Origin: a virus
Lineage: Duplodnaviria > Caudoviricetes
Virus record (IMG/VR): IMGVR_UViG_3300049205_000038
Coordinates: 1-55,936 of that record
DNA length: 55,936 bases
Direction: 5' to 3' (one strand)
Position numbers and translations under genes: made by a program. The notes under the pieces are model-generated. The model worked only from the letters and a program-made list of their open reading frames with translations. It had not been told where the DNA came from and made no database searches. Below, piece after piece: positions 33,296-42,831 of this stretch (position 1 is the stretch's first letter; each line of letters opens with the position of its first letter).

Positions 33296-35064
33296 TGCCA
33301 TAGCTCAGCCACCGTGGTCGCGAACTGGATCGAGCGCACGTCGATGTTGCCGGCCAGCTCGAACTCGAACGAGCGCGAACGGAACGCCGGCAGCCGCAGC
33401 GGACCCAAGCTGCTGATGTCGAGCGTAGCCTGCAGCACCTCGTCGCCGTAGACCAGCAGCTGCAGGCTGCGCGCGGCGGCGGTGGTCGGCTGGTTCTGCA
33501 GGGTCGAGCCGTTGATGTCGAAATAGTTGAGCACCGTCTCGTTCAGCGCGCCCTTCAGCGGCTGACCCCAGGCGATCGCGTTGGCGGCGGCGATCGCGGC
33601 GACCCGGACGTTGTAGATATCGTCGTCCTGCAGCTGGCTGAAGTCGGCGTCCACCCGCACGATCGAGAAGCTGCTTTCCTTGGGGAACACCACCCGCTTG
33701 GAGCGCCAGACGAAGTTCAGCCGGTCCACCTCGTCGGCGTCGGCTTGGTAGATCATCCCATCGGCGGCGTCGCCGTAGTAGAGGTTGCCCTCGCGCGCGT
33801 CGATGTGGACCGCGGTGGCGTTCAGGTCCAGGCGCGAATAGGCCGGCTTGTCGCCGCGGTTGAGCACGATCGCCTTGCCGTTGGCCAGGGCGGGGAAGAT
33901 GCCGAAATACTGGCTGCCGTAGACCACGCCGCGCATCAGCGACGGGCTGACCGCCTTCCACTCGTCGCGGGTGAACAGGTCGCGGGTCATGTTGCCGACG
34001 AAGCCCGCGCCGATCCCGATCATCCCGTTGGGGCTGGCGTAGACCACCCCGCTCTGGTCGCCGGCGATCGTCAGCTTCGACAGGCAGGGCTCCTCCATCG
34101 GGAGCCGCTCGGCCGACAGCGCGCCGGGCGCGGAGCCTGTGATCACATAGGGGTTCTTTTCGGTCATCACCGCGATCGAGCTGCCGAAGACGGACAGGCC
34201 GATGATCGGGAACGCCACCGACAGGCCGTAGGCGCTCGGCCACGCGTGCGGATAGAACGGGTGGGAGAAGTAGACGGTGTTGCCGACGAAGCCCGCCAGG
34301 AAGCCGCCAGGGTGGGCCACAAGGCCCTGCAGGGTCGCCGGGGGCTCCGCCCAGCCGATGGTGCCCAGGGCCTCCCCCAGCTGCGCGCTGGTGAGGTTGT
34401 CGCCGTAGTTGGTCGAGGCGAGCGGGATCTCGGCCACGAACTGGTACACGTCGGTGGTCTCACCGGCGACCGACCGATAGATCCGCCGGTGGGTGATGTT
34501 GTAGCCGGCCGGCGGCGCGGTGAAGCCGGCGACGGTGACGATGCCGCCGGGCAGGGCGGCGATCTCGTCCGACGGCGGCGACGGCGCGCCCTCCTCGGTG
34601 ATCGAGCCGAACGTGCCGACGTATGTGTAGACGTAGACCCGGTTCTCCGCAGTGCCCGAGCCGCCTGCCAGGGCGACCGTCGGTTTCGCCGCCGGCGTGG
34701 GGATCCCCATCGGGTAGTAGGTCGGGCCCGCCAGCAGGGCGTTGTTGGTCTTCTCCGGCTTCCCGACGGTGCGGCCGGTCATGTAGATCCGATAATCGCT
34801 CACGTCGGCGATCGGGCCGGGCACGATGTCGACGATCGAGCTGTAGGTGAGGTACTTCGGCGCGCCGGAATTGTACAATTTGTACAGCGTCTGCGGGAAG
34901 GGCACCGTAGGGCTGCCCACGGTGAGCACGGGTCCCCGCCATGCGCGGAGCTCTTGAGAGTAGAGCTTCACGTTGTCGGCCAGCTGCGCCATGTTATCCC
35001 CCAGCATCGTGGGGGATGTGCGCGGCTGTAGGCCGTCAAAGCCGAGGACCCGCAGGCTGGGCAT
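33292..35064 (-). CDS. tail tubular protein B / nozzle-like stabilisation protein
   Basis: 590 aa, beta-rich; GFLAGF.GN.VYFS.P..PHAWP; position in the tail module. Confidence 0.75.
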   Translation of the reverse strand: MPSLRVLGFDGLQPRTSPTMLGDNMAQLADNVKLYSQELRAWRGPVLTVGSPTVPFPQTLYKLYNSGAPKYLTYSSIVDIVPGPIADVSDYRIYMTGRTVGKPEKTNNALLAGPTYYPMGIPTPAAKPTVALAGGSGTAENRVYVYTYVGTFGSITEEGAPSPPSDEIAALPGGIVTVAGFTAPPAGYNITHRRIYRSVAGETTDVYQFVAEIPLASTNYGDNLTSAQLGEALGTIGWAEPPATLQGLVAHPGGFLAGFVGNTVYFSHPFYPHAWPSAYGLSVAFPIIGLSVFGSSIAVMTEKNPYVITGSAPGALSAERLPMEEPCLSKLTIAGDQSGVVYASPNGMIGIGAGFVGNMTRDLFTRDEWKAVSPSLMRGVVYGSQYFGIFPALANGKAIVLNRGDKPAYSRLDLNATAVHIDAREGNLYYGDAADGMIYQADADEVDRLNFVWRSKRVVFPKESSFSIVRVDADFSQLQDDDIYNVRVAAIAAANAIAWGQPLKGALNETVLNYFDINGSTLQNQPTTAAARSLQLLVYGDEVLQATLDISSLGPLRLPAFRSRSFEFELAGNIDVRSIQFATTVAELWQ

Positions 35065-35423
35065 CAGCCTACGCGCTCGCCGATTTCGAGGGCGTCATCG
35101 AGACCCAGCTGCAGCTGGTCGCCGCCCTCGTCGCCCGTCGGGGGATCTTCGCCAGCGTCGCCGGTCTCCGTGGACACATCCCCGGCGGCAGCCTGTTCGC
35201 CCTTGCGCGCGCGGCGACCCTTGCGCGAACCGCCGGGTTCCCCGGACGCGTCGCGGTCGAGCGGGTTGGTGGCGGCGGCGAGCGCCCGGCCTTCGTCGGT
35301 GAATACCAGTCCGTCTGCGGTATTGCGCGCCAGGACGACGTGCTTCCCCGCGATGATGGCGATGGCGTCCCCGGCCGTAAACTCAGCTGCGTGGACTTTA
35401 ATCAGATCAGATACGGTAAGCAT
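35064..35423 (-). CDS. hypothetical virion-module protein
   Basis: AGGAG RBS, TGATG coupling. Confidence 0.7.
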   Translation of the reverse strand: MLTVSDLIKVHAAEFTAGDAIAIIAGKHVVLARNTADGLVFTDEGRALAAATNPLDRDASGEPGGSRKGRRARKGEQAAAGDVSTETGDAGEDPPTGDEGGDQLQLGLDDALEIGERVG

Positions 35424-35432
35424 GTAGCTCTC

Positions 35433-35825
35433 CTATTTTGGATACTGTTTCCAGGGCAGCTGCCAGTGCGGCCCATCTTTGAACGTCTTCCAGTCGCCGC
35501 CCCACTCGATCGGGACGCGCTCCTCAGCCGCCGCCTGCTTCACGACTGCGGCGAGCAGGTGATACTTCGGCCACGCCCAGCTCACCTCCACGTCGCCATC
35601 GCCGTCGGTGTCGAACATCGGTGCGAGATCGACGGCGTGGCCGGTCAGGTGGCGACTGTTCAGCGTGGTGGTGTCGCCCGACTTCATCAGCTGGCGCTGG
35701 CGCTCCAGTGTGCGCAGGCCCTCCAGCACGGCGACCGGCCAGGGGGCGAGCCCGTGCGCACGGTTCACCACCCGAACCAGATCCGGGTGCAGGCCCTTCA
35801 GGCGCTCGCCGCGGTACAAGGTCAT
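35433..35825 (-). CDS. endolysin, peptidase M15 family (L-Ala-D-Glu peptidase-like)
   Basis: Start re-called to ATG 35825; EGLRT.ERQ, SRHLTGHAVD, WGGDW..F.DGPHWQL. Confidence 0.92.
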   Translation of the reverse strand: MTLYRGERLKGLHPDLVRVVNRAHGLAPWPVAVLEGLRTLERQRQLMKSGDTTTLNSRHLTGHAVDLAPMFDTDGDGDVEVSWAWPKYHLLAAVVKQAAAEERVPIEWGGDWKTFKDGPHWQLPWKQYPK

Positions 35826-36022
35826 GACATCTCCCGGAATTTGGCGAAGGCGATCCAAGCGCCAAGTATCGCCGTAATAACACCGGCCGCCCATTTAGTG
35901 AGGGCGACCATCAGGCCGGCGGCTTTCCAGGCTCCCACGAGTTCGTTGATTGAGCCGGTCAGTTCAGCGACCTGTTTCTTGAGGGCGTCGAACTCCTCTT
36001 TACTGACCGTATCCTCTACCAC
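35822..36022 (-). CDS. small coiled-coil protein with C-terminal TM (holin/antiholin-like)
   Basis: Overlaps the endolysin start; hydrophobic C-terminal half. Confidence 0.6.
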   Translation of the reverse strand: MVEDTVSKEEFDALKKQVAELTGSINELVGAWKAAGLMVALTKWAAGVITAILGAWIAFAKFREMS

Positions 36023-36034
36023 CTACGCCCCCTG

Positions 36035-36946
36035 TTACGAGATACCTTCCCCGGTGATCAGCCAGTTGTTGGTGCTCCCCTGCAGCAGGGTTGCGCGGCC
36101 GCGGTGGGCCAGGGTGCGGACGCCGCTCGACCCATCGGCGGATCGAAACAGGTTCACGCCGACTGTGGGCGCGAGTTGGATGTTGCCGCCGGTGAAGTTG
36201 ACGATGGTCATTTCGATCCCATCGCCGAAGGCCACGGCGCTGTTGAGTGGAATGGTCAGGCTGGCGGGGCTGGTGATCAGCAGCATCTTGCCGGCGTCGG
36301 TGAGCGCCAGATCCCGGTCGGCGGTGACCACCACCTGGGGGTTGCCGCGATAGCCGCCGCTGGCCGGGCTGCCGTTGTCGATCTCGAACAGCATCTGCCC
36401 TTGGTCGACGCCGTTCACGTCCACGTCGATCTTCGGCGAGTTCCAGGTGAAGGTGATGTCGTCGCCCGAGCCCTGACGGGCGGGCGTGAACCCGAGGTTC
36501 CCCTCCGCCGCGCCGGCGGCCATCTTGGCGGCGGTGATCGTGCTGTTGGGGATCTTGTTCAGCGTTACGGCGTTGTCGGCCAGCTTCGAGCTGTCGACCG
36601 CGTTCGCCGCCAGCTTGGCGGTGGTGATGCTGCCGTCCGCCAGGGTCTGGATTTCCTGCAGCGCGCCCGCGGTGACCCGCAGTTCCAGCCGGTCACTGGC
36701 GAGGTACGCCTTGGCGGTGGTCGACTGCTGGGCGCGCGCCACGGTCAACGTGTCGCCGGAGCGCGCTGTGCACTTGACGATCTCGATGTTGTTCGCGGCG
36801 TCGACCAGGGTGGCGTAGAAATAGTCACCGCCGGTCGGCGCGGGGAACAGCGCCCCCTGGCCGGTGGTCAGGGCGATGGCGGTGGCCCCGGACGAGATCC
36901 CCGAGGCCAGCGTCGCCGTCGCGTTGTTGGCGAACAGAACGGTCAT
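36035..36946 (-). CDS. tail fibre-like protein
   Basis: FANNA...LAS...EIVKCTARSGDTLTV.R.Q N-domain; 10-aa repeats (LADGSITTAK, LAANAVDSSK, LADNAVTLNK); beta-sandwich C-terminus. Confidence 0.75.
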   Translation of the reverse strand: MTVLFANNATATLASGISSGATAIALTTGQGALFPAPTGGDYFYATLVDAANNIEIVKCTARSGDTLTVARAQQSTTAKAYLASDRLELRVTAGALQEIQTLADGSITTAKLAANAVDSSKLADNAVTLNKIPNSTITAAKMAAGAAEGNLGFTPARQGSGDDITFTWNSPKIDVDVNGVDQGQMLFEIDNGSPASGGYRGNPQVVVTADRDLALTDAGKMLLITSPASLTIPLNSAVAFGDGIEMTIVNFTGGNIQLAPTVGVNLFRSADGSSGVRTLAHRGRATLLQGSTNNWLITGEGIS

Positions 36947-36971
36947 GCGAAGCCTCGGGGCTCGACCTCCG

Positions 36972-37448
36972 TTAGGAGATCGTGATGGTCCAGGTGATCG
37001 TCAGGCTGTCGCCGGCGGCCTTGTTGATCGTCGAGAACACCGTGCGGCAGAGCATGGTGCCCGCCGAGGAGGCGTTGAACAGCCCGGCCTCCACCAGCGC
37101 GCCGGTGCCGACGCCTGCGCCGAAGGTGCAGATGGCGACGATGGTGTTGGTCGACGGGTTGTAGGAGGTGAGCGCCGTCCGCGAGGAGCCGACTTCCGCC
37201 GCCAGGGTGGTGTCGCCGGCGGCCGCCGCGGTGTTGGTGGTGCCGACCGCCATGTGCGACATTACGGCCGAGGAGGTGCCGCCCATTCGCGAGGCGATGT
37301 GGGTCTTGCCGGCGGTGACGACGAGGTTGTCAGTCTCCTGTTCCAGCTTCAGATTGCCGCCTTCATCGCGCAGCTCGAAGTGGACGCGGCCGGTGATCTT
37401 CAGGTGCGCGGCCACGTTGCCGAGCAGCTCGCTCTTGAATTTGCTCAT
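36972..37448 (-). CDS. conserved virion structural protein (collar/fibre-base-like)
   Basis: NLVVTAG...MAVGT...GDTTL..E...EAGLFNA..GTML.R.VF..INK pattern. Confidence 0.75.
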   Translation of the reverse strand: MSKFKSELLGNVAAHLKITGRVHFELRDEGGNLKLEQETDNLVVTAGKTHIASRMGGTSSAVMSHMAVGTTNTAAAAGDTTLAAEVGSSRTALTSYNPSTNTIVAICTFGAGVGTGALVEAGLFNASSAGTMLCRTVFSTINKAAGDSLTITWTITIS

Positions 37449-37484
37449 TCTATCCTCTGGTCGGCAAGGGGCCTACGGACGCAC

Positions 37485-37513
37485 ATGCTAACAGGCGTCT
37501 GAGACGCTAACAA
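37485..37513 (-). promoter_or_regulatory. putative promoter
   Basis: TTGTTA-17 bp-TAGCAT on the - strand; the spacer contains the GCGTCT/AGACGC inverted repeat. Confidence 0.45.
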
Positions 37514-37514
37514 G

Positions 37515-40500
37515 TTAGATCATATCGAAGGTCAGCAGGATGGCGGCGAGGCCGGTGCCCTGCGTGAAGGTGATGATCGCGTTGTTCACGTAAGAGATCG
37601 TCTCGCCCGCTGTCGTGGTGAAGTGGGTCGCGGCGGCGCTGCTGATGCGTGCGGTGAACCCGGCGGCGATGCTCACAGTCGCACCCGGGTCGCGGTCTAC
37701 GCAGGTGGCGAACACGCCTTTGCTCGACGACGACTTGACGAAACCGGGGGCGTTAACCGTACCACCAACATTTTCATCAACAGTCTTGTAAACGAGGGAT
37801 GTCGCTCCTCGATAGATCACCATGTGCGAACTATACGAGATGCTGTTGAATACGCCCGGCGAGGATATGTCACCTGTCGTCAACACTTTATAGTAGACGC
37901 TGTTGTAGTACCCGTAAGATACGCCGATGTATTCTACGGCTTCCGTCCAGCCGACGGGCGGCGTGGACGACACACTGCTGTTGGTGTGCACAATGGCCAG
38001 ATCGCCCGCGCTGGCGCTGGCCAGCGCCGTGGCGAACGTCGATGTGCTGCCTGCGGTCTCGTTGTCGACGCTCTGAGCCGCTACGAAGGTGGCCGGGGTG
38101 CCGGCCGTGTCGGACATTGTGACGCTGTCCGCCAGGATCTTGGCGGGCTGGCGGGCCATGGTCTCGCTGAGCGTCGCGCTGTCGGCCAGCGCCTTGCTCA
38201 GGTTGAAGGCCATGGCGTCGGTGAGGGTCACCGGGTCGTTCGGCTTCGGCGGGAACAGGAAGGCGTCGAACAGCGTGTCCGCCGCACTGACGCTGTCGGC
38301 GACCGACCGGGTCATCAGCTTGGCGATCACGTCGGTGAGGCCGAAGCTTTCGATGGCCTCGGTGCGGTCCTTGAAGATGTTGGCGGTGTCGCCGATCGTG
38401 ACGTTGTCGAGCACCGCCTGAGACTGCCCGCGGCCTTCCTGGATCCTCGCCAGGATCGACGGCCGCACGATCTGCGGCGGCACCCATATGGCCCGGCTCA
38501 GGTCGACACGGGCCCGCGCGCCCTCACTACGCCAGAGGCGGGCCTGATCATCTATGAGGGTGACGCTGTCACTGAAGTTGCGGACGTATGCCTCGACCCC
38601 ATGGTTGTCGGTGATAACCCCGTCGCTAGGCGTCGCAGTGTCCGCGACCGCTCGGCTGAGCGCCTTGGCGTCGTCATCGTCCGGCGTGACATCGTCCGCG
38701 AAGCTGAGCTCCAGCGTGCTGGTGAGCGTCTCACCCAGGCTGGCGCTGTCGGCCAGCTGCTGCGCTGTCGCCTTGGCGCTGGCCTCGCTCGGGGCGACGC
38801 TGTCGGTCAGGGTCTGGCCGATGTCCCGGGTCTGGGCGTCCGCCGGGGTCGCGCTGTCGGCTAGCGGTTTACCAACGCTGTTGACCAGGGTCTCGCTCAG
38901 GGTGGCGCTGTCAGCCTGGAGCTGGCTGAACGCCACCACTAGGGCGTCGGTGACCGCGACGCTGTCCGCCGGGTTGAACGTCCCGGTGCCGGAGGTAGCT
39001 AGATCCTCTGACGCTGTGACGCTGTCAGACAACACTTTCGAAGTGTTGTTGACCATCGCTTCGCTGGGTGTGACGCTCTCAGTAAGCGCCTGCCCGACTT
39101 GTACTGTAGGCGTGCTGTCGCTTGCCGCAGCACTGTCTGCAAGCGCCTTAGTTGTTGCTAGGGTTGATCCGTCACTTCCTGCAACACCGTCTGCAGAGCT
39201 TTGCCCTACACTAAATACCTTGGCCTCCGTAACGGTAACACTGTCCGAAACGTCTTCAAGATAGTCAGTAGTTTGGCCGCTATCGGAAACTGTGACGCTG
39301 TCGCTCAGGCTGAGCGTGCCACCGCTCGATGTCTCGCTGCCTAGGTCATCGCTTGGGGTGGCGCTGTCGGCCAGCGGCTTACTGACCGTGTTGACCAGGG
39401 CTTCCGCAGGGGTGGCGCTGTCGGCGATGTCCCGGCTCAGGGCCTGGGTTAGGGCCTCGCTGACGGTGACGGTCTCACTGACCCCCTTGCCGACGACGAA
39501 ACCGCCGACGCTGTCGGAGGCTGTGACGCTGTCTGCGAAGGCCGGCTTCGGGGTGTTGGCGAGCGCCTCGCTGGGGGTGACGCTGTCTGCGAAGCCGACG
39601 CTGATCGCCTTGGTCAGTGTCTCCGAGGGGGTGACGCTGTCGGCCAGGGTGACCAGATCGGCGAACAGGGTGTCGGTGACGGTGACGCTGTCGCTGGGCA
39701 GCGGATCGACCGGACCTGTGATCGTCGTCGGCTCAACGGCGATGAAGTAGCCGGCCCACTCCTGAATATTGATCTGGACGAAGCCCGGGAATGCCTCCGT
39801 GGCCACTTCATGCGGACTGTAGGCCCACACCAGTGGGGAGTTACCACTGGTGCCGGCGGTGTTGTCTGTGGAGCCGGCTGTGTAGTTCGGCGGCGATCCG
39901 TAGATCGTTTCACCCGACACATCCTTTGACAGGAGGGCGAGCCATAGAGTTTTCTTGCTACCCCAGCTCGGCGTCAAAGATATATGGTTTAATGGATAGC
40001 GGTCACCTGTACTACTATCACTCGTCGTCTCGACATTACCAGACGCTCCAGTGATGCGGAACACCGACGAGTTCAGCATCTCCGACGCGCTGGTGGTGAA
40101 CGAGAGCGTCTTACCGCCCTCGGTGCCATCCGCCGTCTTGTAGAACAGGAAGACCTTGGTGGTGGATGCGGCGTCCAGCGCCGTGACCGTAGTCCAGGCT
40201 CCTGCGGTGGAGTTGTCCCAAGTGATGGTCGGGAACCCGTCCGACGAGATCGGGATCAGCAGCACATCGCCAGCGTTGACCGTCGCTGGTAGATCAATCG
40301 TGTGGCTGGTGCTGTTCGAACCCTCGCCCTTGTCGGTGCGGCTCGCGACTTCCGGGAAGCCGGTGGGCGCGGATAGTGTACCAGCCGGGATCAGCGAGAT
40401 GGTGCAGACGGCTTGAGCCGACGCTGTGGCTAGGGTGGCGGTGGTTGCGCCGGTCGCGCCCGCAGTGGCCTTCACACCTGTGGTCAGGCAGTAGCCGCCA

Positions 40501-41042
40501 CCGTTACCTGTCGTCCAGTTTACATCGACACGCTCCGTCAGGCTCGACAGGTTGGCGTTCGTCTGCGCCGAAGTTTGCGTCGTCGCCGTGTCGGTGGTGT
40601 TGGCCACCAAATTCAAGATCATGCAGTTGGCGACCGTGGTGGTCACCGAGGGCATGGACACCGAGGTGGATGACGCGGCGCTACTGCCGGCGGTCACATC
40701 GAAAGGATCGCCGAGCGTTTCGCAGCCGGAGAAGGCATGCATCTGCGTCGACTGCCAGCCGCCACTTGCGAGAACCGGGTTGACCCAGTTGGGCTCCGTC
40801 GCCGACGCGCGCCGCCAGTAGCAGACCATGCCGATGGCTGTGGCCGTGTTGGTCGTGCCGATCCCTTGGCGGGTGTTCGGGATCTCCACCCAGCCTGACG
40901 GCGCAGTCATGGCGCTGTCGTTTTCCGACAGATGCACCAAGATCAGGATGTCGTCAGCAGCAACCCCGGCCGGCAAGGCTGTAATGTTACTGCCGGCCGA
41001 ACTCGTGACAACCGACCCGGACGCGCGATAGGCGATAGCCAT
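37515..41042 (-). CDS. long fibre-like virion protein with ~19-aa (L/F)ADS(V/A)TxS(D/E) repeats
   Basis: 1175 aa, Ser/Thr/Ala-rich; more than 20 ADSVT-type repeats between related beta-rich terminal domains (AGD(V/L)L.I...P.GW). Confidence 0.75.
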   Translation of the reverse strand: MAIAYRASGSVVTSSAGSNITALPAGVAADDILILVHLSENDSAMTAPSGWVEIPNTRQGIGTTNTATAIGMVCYWRRASATEPNWVNPVLASGGWQSTQMHAFSGCETLGDPFDVTAGSSAASSTSVSMPSVTTTVANCMILNLVANTTDTATTQTSAQTNANLSSLTERVDVNWTTGNGGGYCLTTGVKATAGATGATTATLATASAQAVCTISLIPAGTLSAPTGFPEVASRTDKGEGSNSTSHTIDLPATVNAGDVLLIPISSDGFPTITWDNSTAGAWTTVTALDAASTTKVFLFYKTADGTEGGKTLSFTTSASEMLNSSVFRITGASGNVETTSDSSTGDRYPLNHISLTPSWGSKKTLWLALLSKDVSGETIYGSPPNYTAGSTDNTAGTSGNSPLVWAYSPHEVATEAFPGFVQINIQEWAGYFIAVEPTTITGPVDPLPSDSVTVTDTLFADLVTLADSVTPSETLTKAISVGFADSVTPSEALANTPKPAFADSVTASDSVGGFVVGKGVSETVTVSEALTQALSRDIADSATPAEALVNTVSKPLADSATPSDDLGSETSSGGTLSLSDSVTVSDSGQTTDYLEDVSDSVTVTEAKVFSVGQSSADGVAGSDGSTLATTKALADSAAASDSTPTVQVGQALTESVTPSEAMVNNTSKVLSDSVTASEDLATSGTGTFNPADSVAVTDALVVAFSQLQADSATLSETLVNSVGKPLADSATPADAQTRDIGQTLTDSVAPSEASAKATAQQLADSASLGETLTSTLELSFADDVTPDDDDAKALSRAVADTATPSDGVITDNHGVEAYVRNFSDSVTLIDDQARLWRSEGARARVDLSRAIWVPPQIVRPSILARIQEGRGQSQAVLDNVTIGDTANIFKDRTEAIESFGLTDVIAKLMTRSVADSVSAADTLFDAFLFPPKPNDPVTLTDAMAFNLSKALADSATLSETMARQPAKILADSVTMSDTAGTPATFVAAQSVDNETAGSTSTFATALASASAGDLAIVHTNSSVSSTPPVGWTEAVEYIGVSYGYYNSVYYKVLTTGDISSPGVFNSISYSSHMVIYRGATSLVYKTVDENVGGTVNAPGFVKSSSSKGVFATCVDRDPGATVSIAAGFTARISSAAATHFTTTAGETISYVNNAIITFTQGTGLAAILLTFDMI

Positions 41043-41054
41043 AGTGGTCGGTCC

Positions 41055-41435
41055 TTAGAAGTCGGCTCGGATCGAAATCTTAACTATGTCGTATACAGTG
41101 ATAACTGTCCCTGTATTCAGTGTAACCTCAATTTCGCCTTCGTAGTAACCTCCAGGGCGGCCGGTGAATGTTTGCGGCAACAGAAATTGTACGCGTCCAC
41201 CTTGGCCAAGTGTCGCGATCGAATGGTCCAGGGTGCCGTCGTCAAGCAGCTGGCCGGGCAGCTTGGTGGCGATGACGGTGTCCAGAACTGTCCCGTCGCT
41301 CGGGTCCGCGCGCAGGTACATCCGCACCACGGCGACGCCGGACACGTCGATCGGCCCGCGGCTGGGGCGATCGCTCAGGTCGACGGTGAGCAGCGCCTGG
41401 GTGTCGCCTTGAACGACGCGGTGGCGGCGGCTCAT
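41055..41435 (-). CDS. BppU-N-like small structural protein
   Basis: Start re-called to ATG 41435 (TAATG); VQGDT...YEGEIEVT...TVYD..K..IR.DF. Confidence 0.7.
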   Translation of the reverse strand: MSRRHRVVQGDTQALLTVDLSDRPSRGPIDVSGVAVVRMYLRADPSDGTVLDTVIATKLPGQLLDDGTLDHSIATLGQGGRVQFLLPQTFTGRPGGYYEGEIEVTLNTGTVITVYDIVKISIRADF

Positions 41436-42082
41436 TACACGATCCTCGGGAAGCGCAGCCGCTGTTCGGCGCGGGTCTGGCTGGTCATCCGCTCCACGCG
41501 GGCCTCGCCGATCGCCGCGCGGAACCGCGCCGCGCAAACCGCTGCAGCGGACATGTCGTAGAACGGTTGACCGGACATCTCATGCAGCCGGGCTCGCGCG
41601 CCGTAGCCGATCTGCTCCGCCCAGCGGCGATAGAACTCCTCGCTGACAAACTCCGCGCCGCGCGCCGGGCGCATCACGGCTTCGATCGTCAGCCCTTGCG
41701 CGAGGGTCTCGTCCGGCGTCGGCACCAGCTGGATCTCGGCCGGCTCGATCCGGGTGAAGTAGCGCGGCGCGCCGCTGAGGGTGCGCCAGCTGTCGCTGGG
41801 AAACAGCTGATCCAGCTGATCCATGCTCTTGGCTTCCAGGGTGCGTCCGCCCACTCGCACGTTCGCCAGGGTGACGATGTCTGCGTCTGTCGGCGGGTCC
41901 AGCTCGTAGTTGCCCTGGCCGGCGACCACGGTCAGGGCGGCGTGGTCCAGCACCCACCACTGGCTCTGGTTGCAGAACTCGATCAGCGCGTTGCGCACAG
42001 CGGCCTTGGCCACCAGATCAGGACAGTTCGGCACCCACGGCATCACTTCCGGGAGGAACACGTCCAGAGATAGGTCGCTCAT
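41435..42082 (-). CDS. head-tail adaptor/tail tubular-like protein
   Basis: FLPEV.P.VP.CP...A.IEFC..S..W; L.PTPD; paralogue-like of the upstream gene. Confidence 0.7.
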   Translation of the reverse strand: MSDLSLDVFLPEVMPWVPNCPDLVAKAAVRNALIEFCNQSQWWVLDHAALTVVAGQGNYELDPPTDADIVTLANVRVGGRTLEAKSMDQLDQLFPSDSWRTLSGAPRYFTRIEPAEIQLVPTPDETLAQGLTIEAVMRPARGAEFVSEEFYRRWAEQIGYGARARLHEMSGQPFYDMSAAAVCAARFRAAIGEARVERMTSQTRAEQRLRFPRIV

Positions 42083-42771
42083 TTCGCGGCTCCGCGGGTG
42101 TCAAGATCGGCGGGGCCCAGCTCGCGGTTCGGGCCCTCTTTCAGGTCGCTCGTGCGGCTGATGCCCACGAACTGTTCGAACAACCCGCGCCATTTTTCAG
42201 CCTGCACCGCGGAGCCGAAGTCGTCGTCCTTGGCGAAGGCGCGGAACAGCACGTAGTAGAGCACCGCGGTGCGATAGATGTCCTGCACCACCAGCTGCGC
42301 CGTGGTCAGCTCCAGCTGGGCGGGTTGCAGGGCGTACAGCATCTCGACGGTGCCGGTGCCGGTGTTCGGCGGGTAGATGTAGAACACCTCCGGCTCGCGC
42401 GGATCGAAGGTGTAGTTCTGCACGGTGATCGAGGCGGCCGCCGCGGTCCATGTGGGGTTGTAGGCGTCCAGCAGCTCCCGGGTGATGACCTTCACCGCCC
42501 GACCGGGGCTGAGGCCGTCCACCCCCATGTTGCGCAGCACGCTGAGCAATGTGTAGCCGTCCTGGGGGATGGTCTGCCGCGCGCCCTGGTCCAGCGAGAT
42601 CACCGCCCGGGTCGAGGCGACCGACGGCGACGCTGTGACGATCGCCCGCTGCGCGTCGCTGATGTAGAGCAGCATCTCCTCGTCGGTCCACCGGGGCTGC
42701 GTCCCGGTGTCGATCAGCGTCTTGCGCGCATCAGCGATGATGTCGGCGGCGGTCGTAACCATGCGGGTCAC
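42079..42771 (-). CDS. head-tail adaptor / tail tubular protein A-like
   Basis: Directly after the capsid gene; L.D...RWTD.E.L.Y..DAQR...FYIYPP...YVLFRAF.KD. Confidence 0.75.
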   Translation of the reverse strand: MTRMVTTAADIIADARKTLIDTGTQPRWTDEEMLLYISDAQRAIVTASPSVASTRAVISLDQGARQTIPQDGYTLLSVLRNMGVDGLSPGRAVKVITRELLDAYNPTWTAAAASITVQNYTFDPREPEVFYIYPPNTGTGTVEMLYALQPAQLELTTAQLVVQDIYRTAVLYYVLFRAFAKDDDFGSAVQAEKWRGLFEQFVGISRTSDLKEGPNRELGPADLDTRGAAK

Positions 42772-42779
42772 CCTAACAC

Positions 42780-42808
42780 AAAAGGCGGGGGCCGAAACCC
42801 CCGCCTTC
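42780..42808 (-). terminator. intrinsic terminator after the major capsid gene
   Basis: - strand AAGGCGGGGG-TTTCGG-CCCCCGCCTT followed by TTGTGTT. Confidence 0.85.
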
Positions 42809-42831
42809 GTTAGCCAGTTAGGCGTTGCCTG

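Noticed and set aside
38080-39700. Recurring GTGACGCTGTC-like DNA repeats resembling an array
   Set aside because: They are the codons of the DSVT protein repeat within one open frame, not CRISPR or iteron repeats.
31664-41042. Diversity-generating retroelement acting on the fibres
   Set aside because: No reverse transcriptase ORF and no template/variable repeat pair with adenine-specific mismatches was seen.
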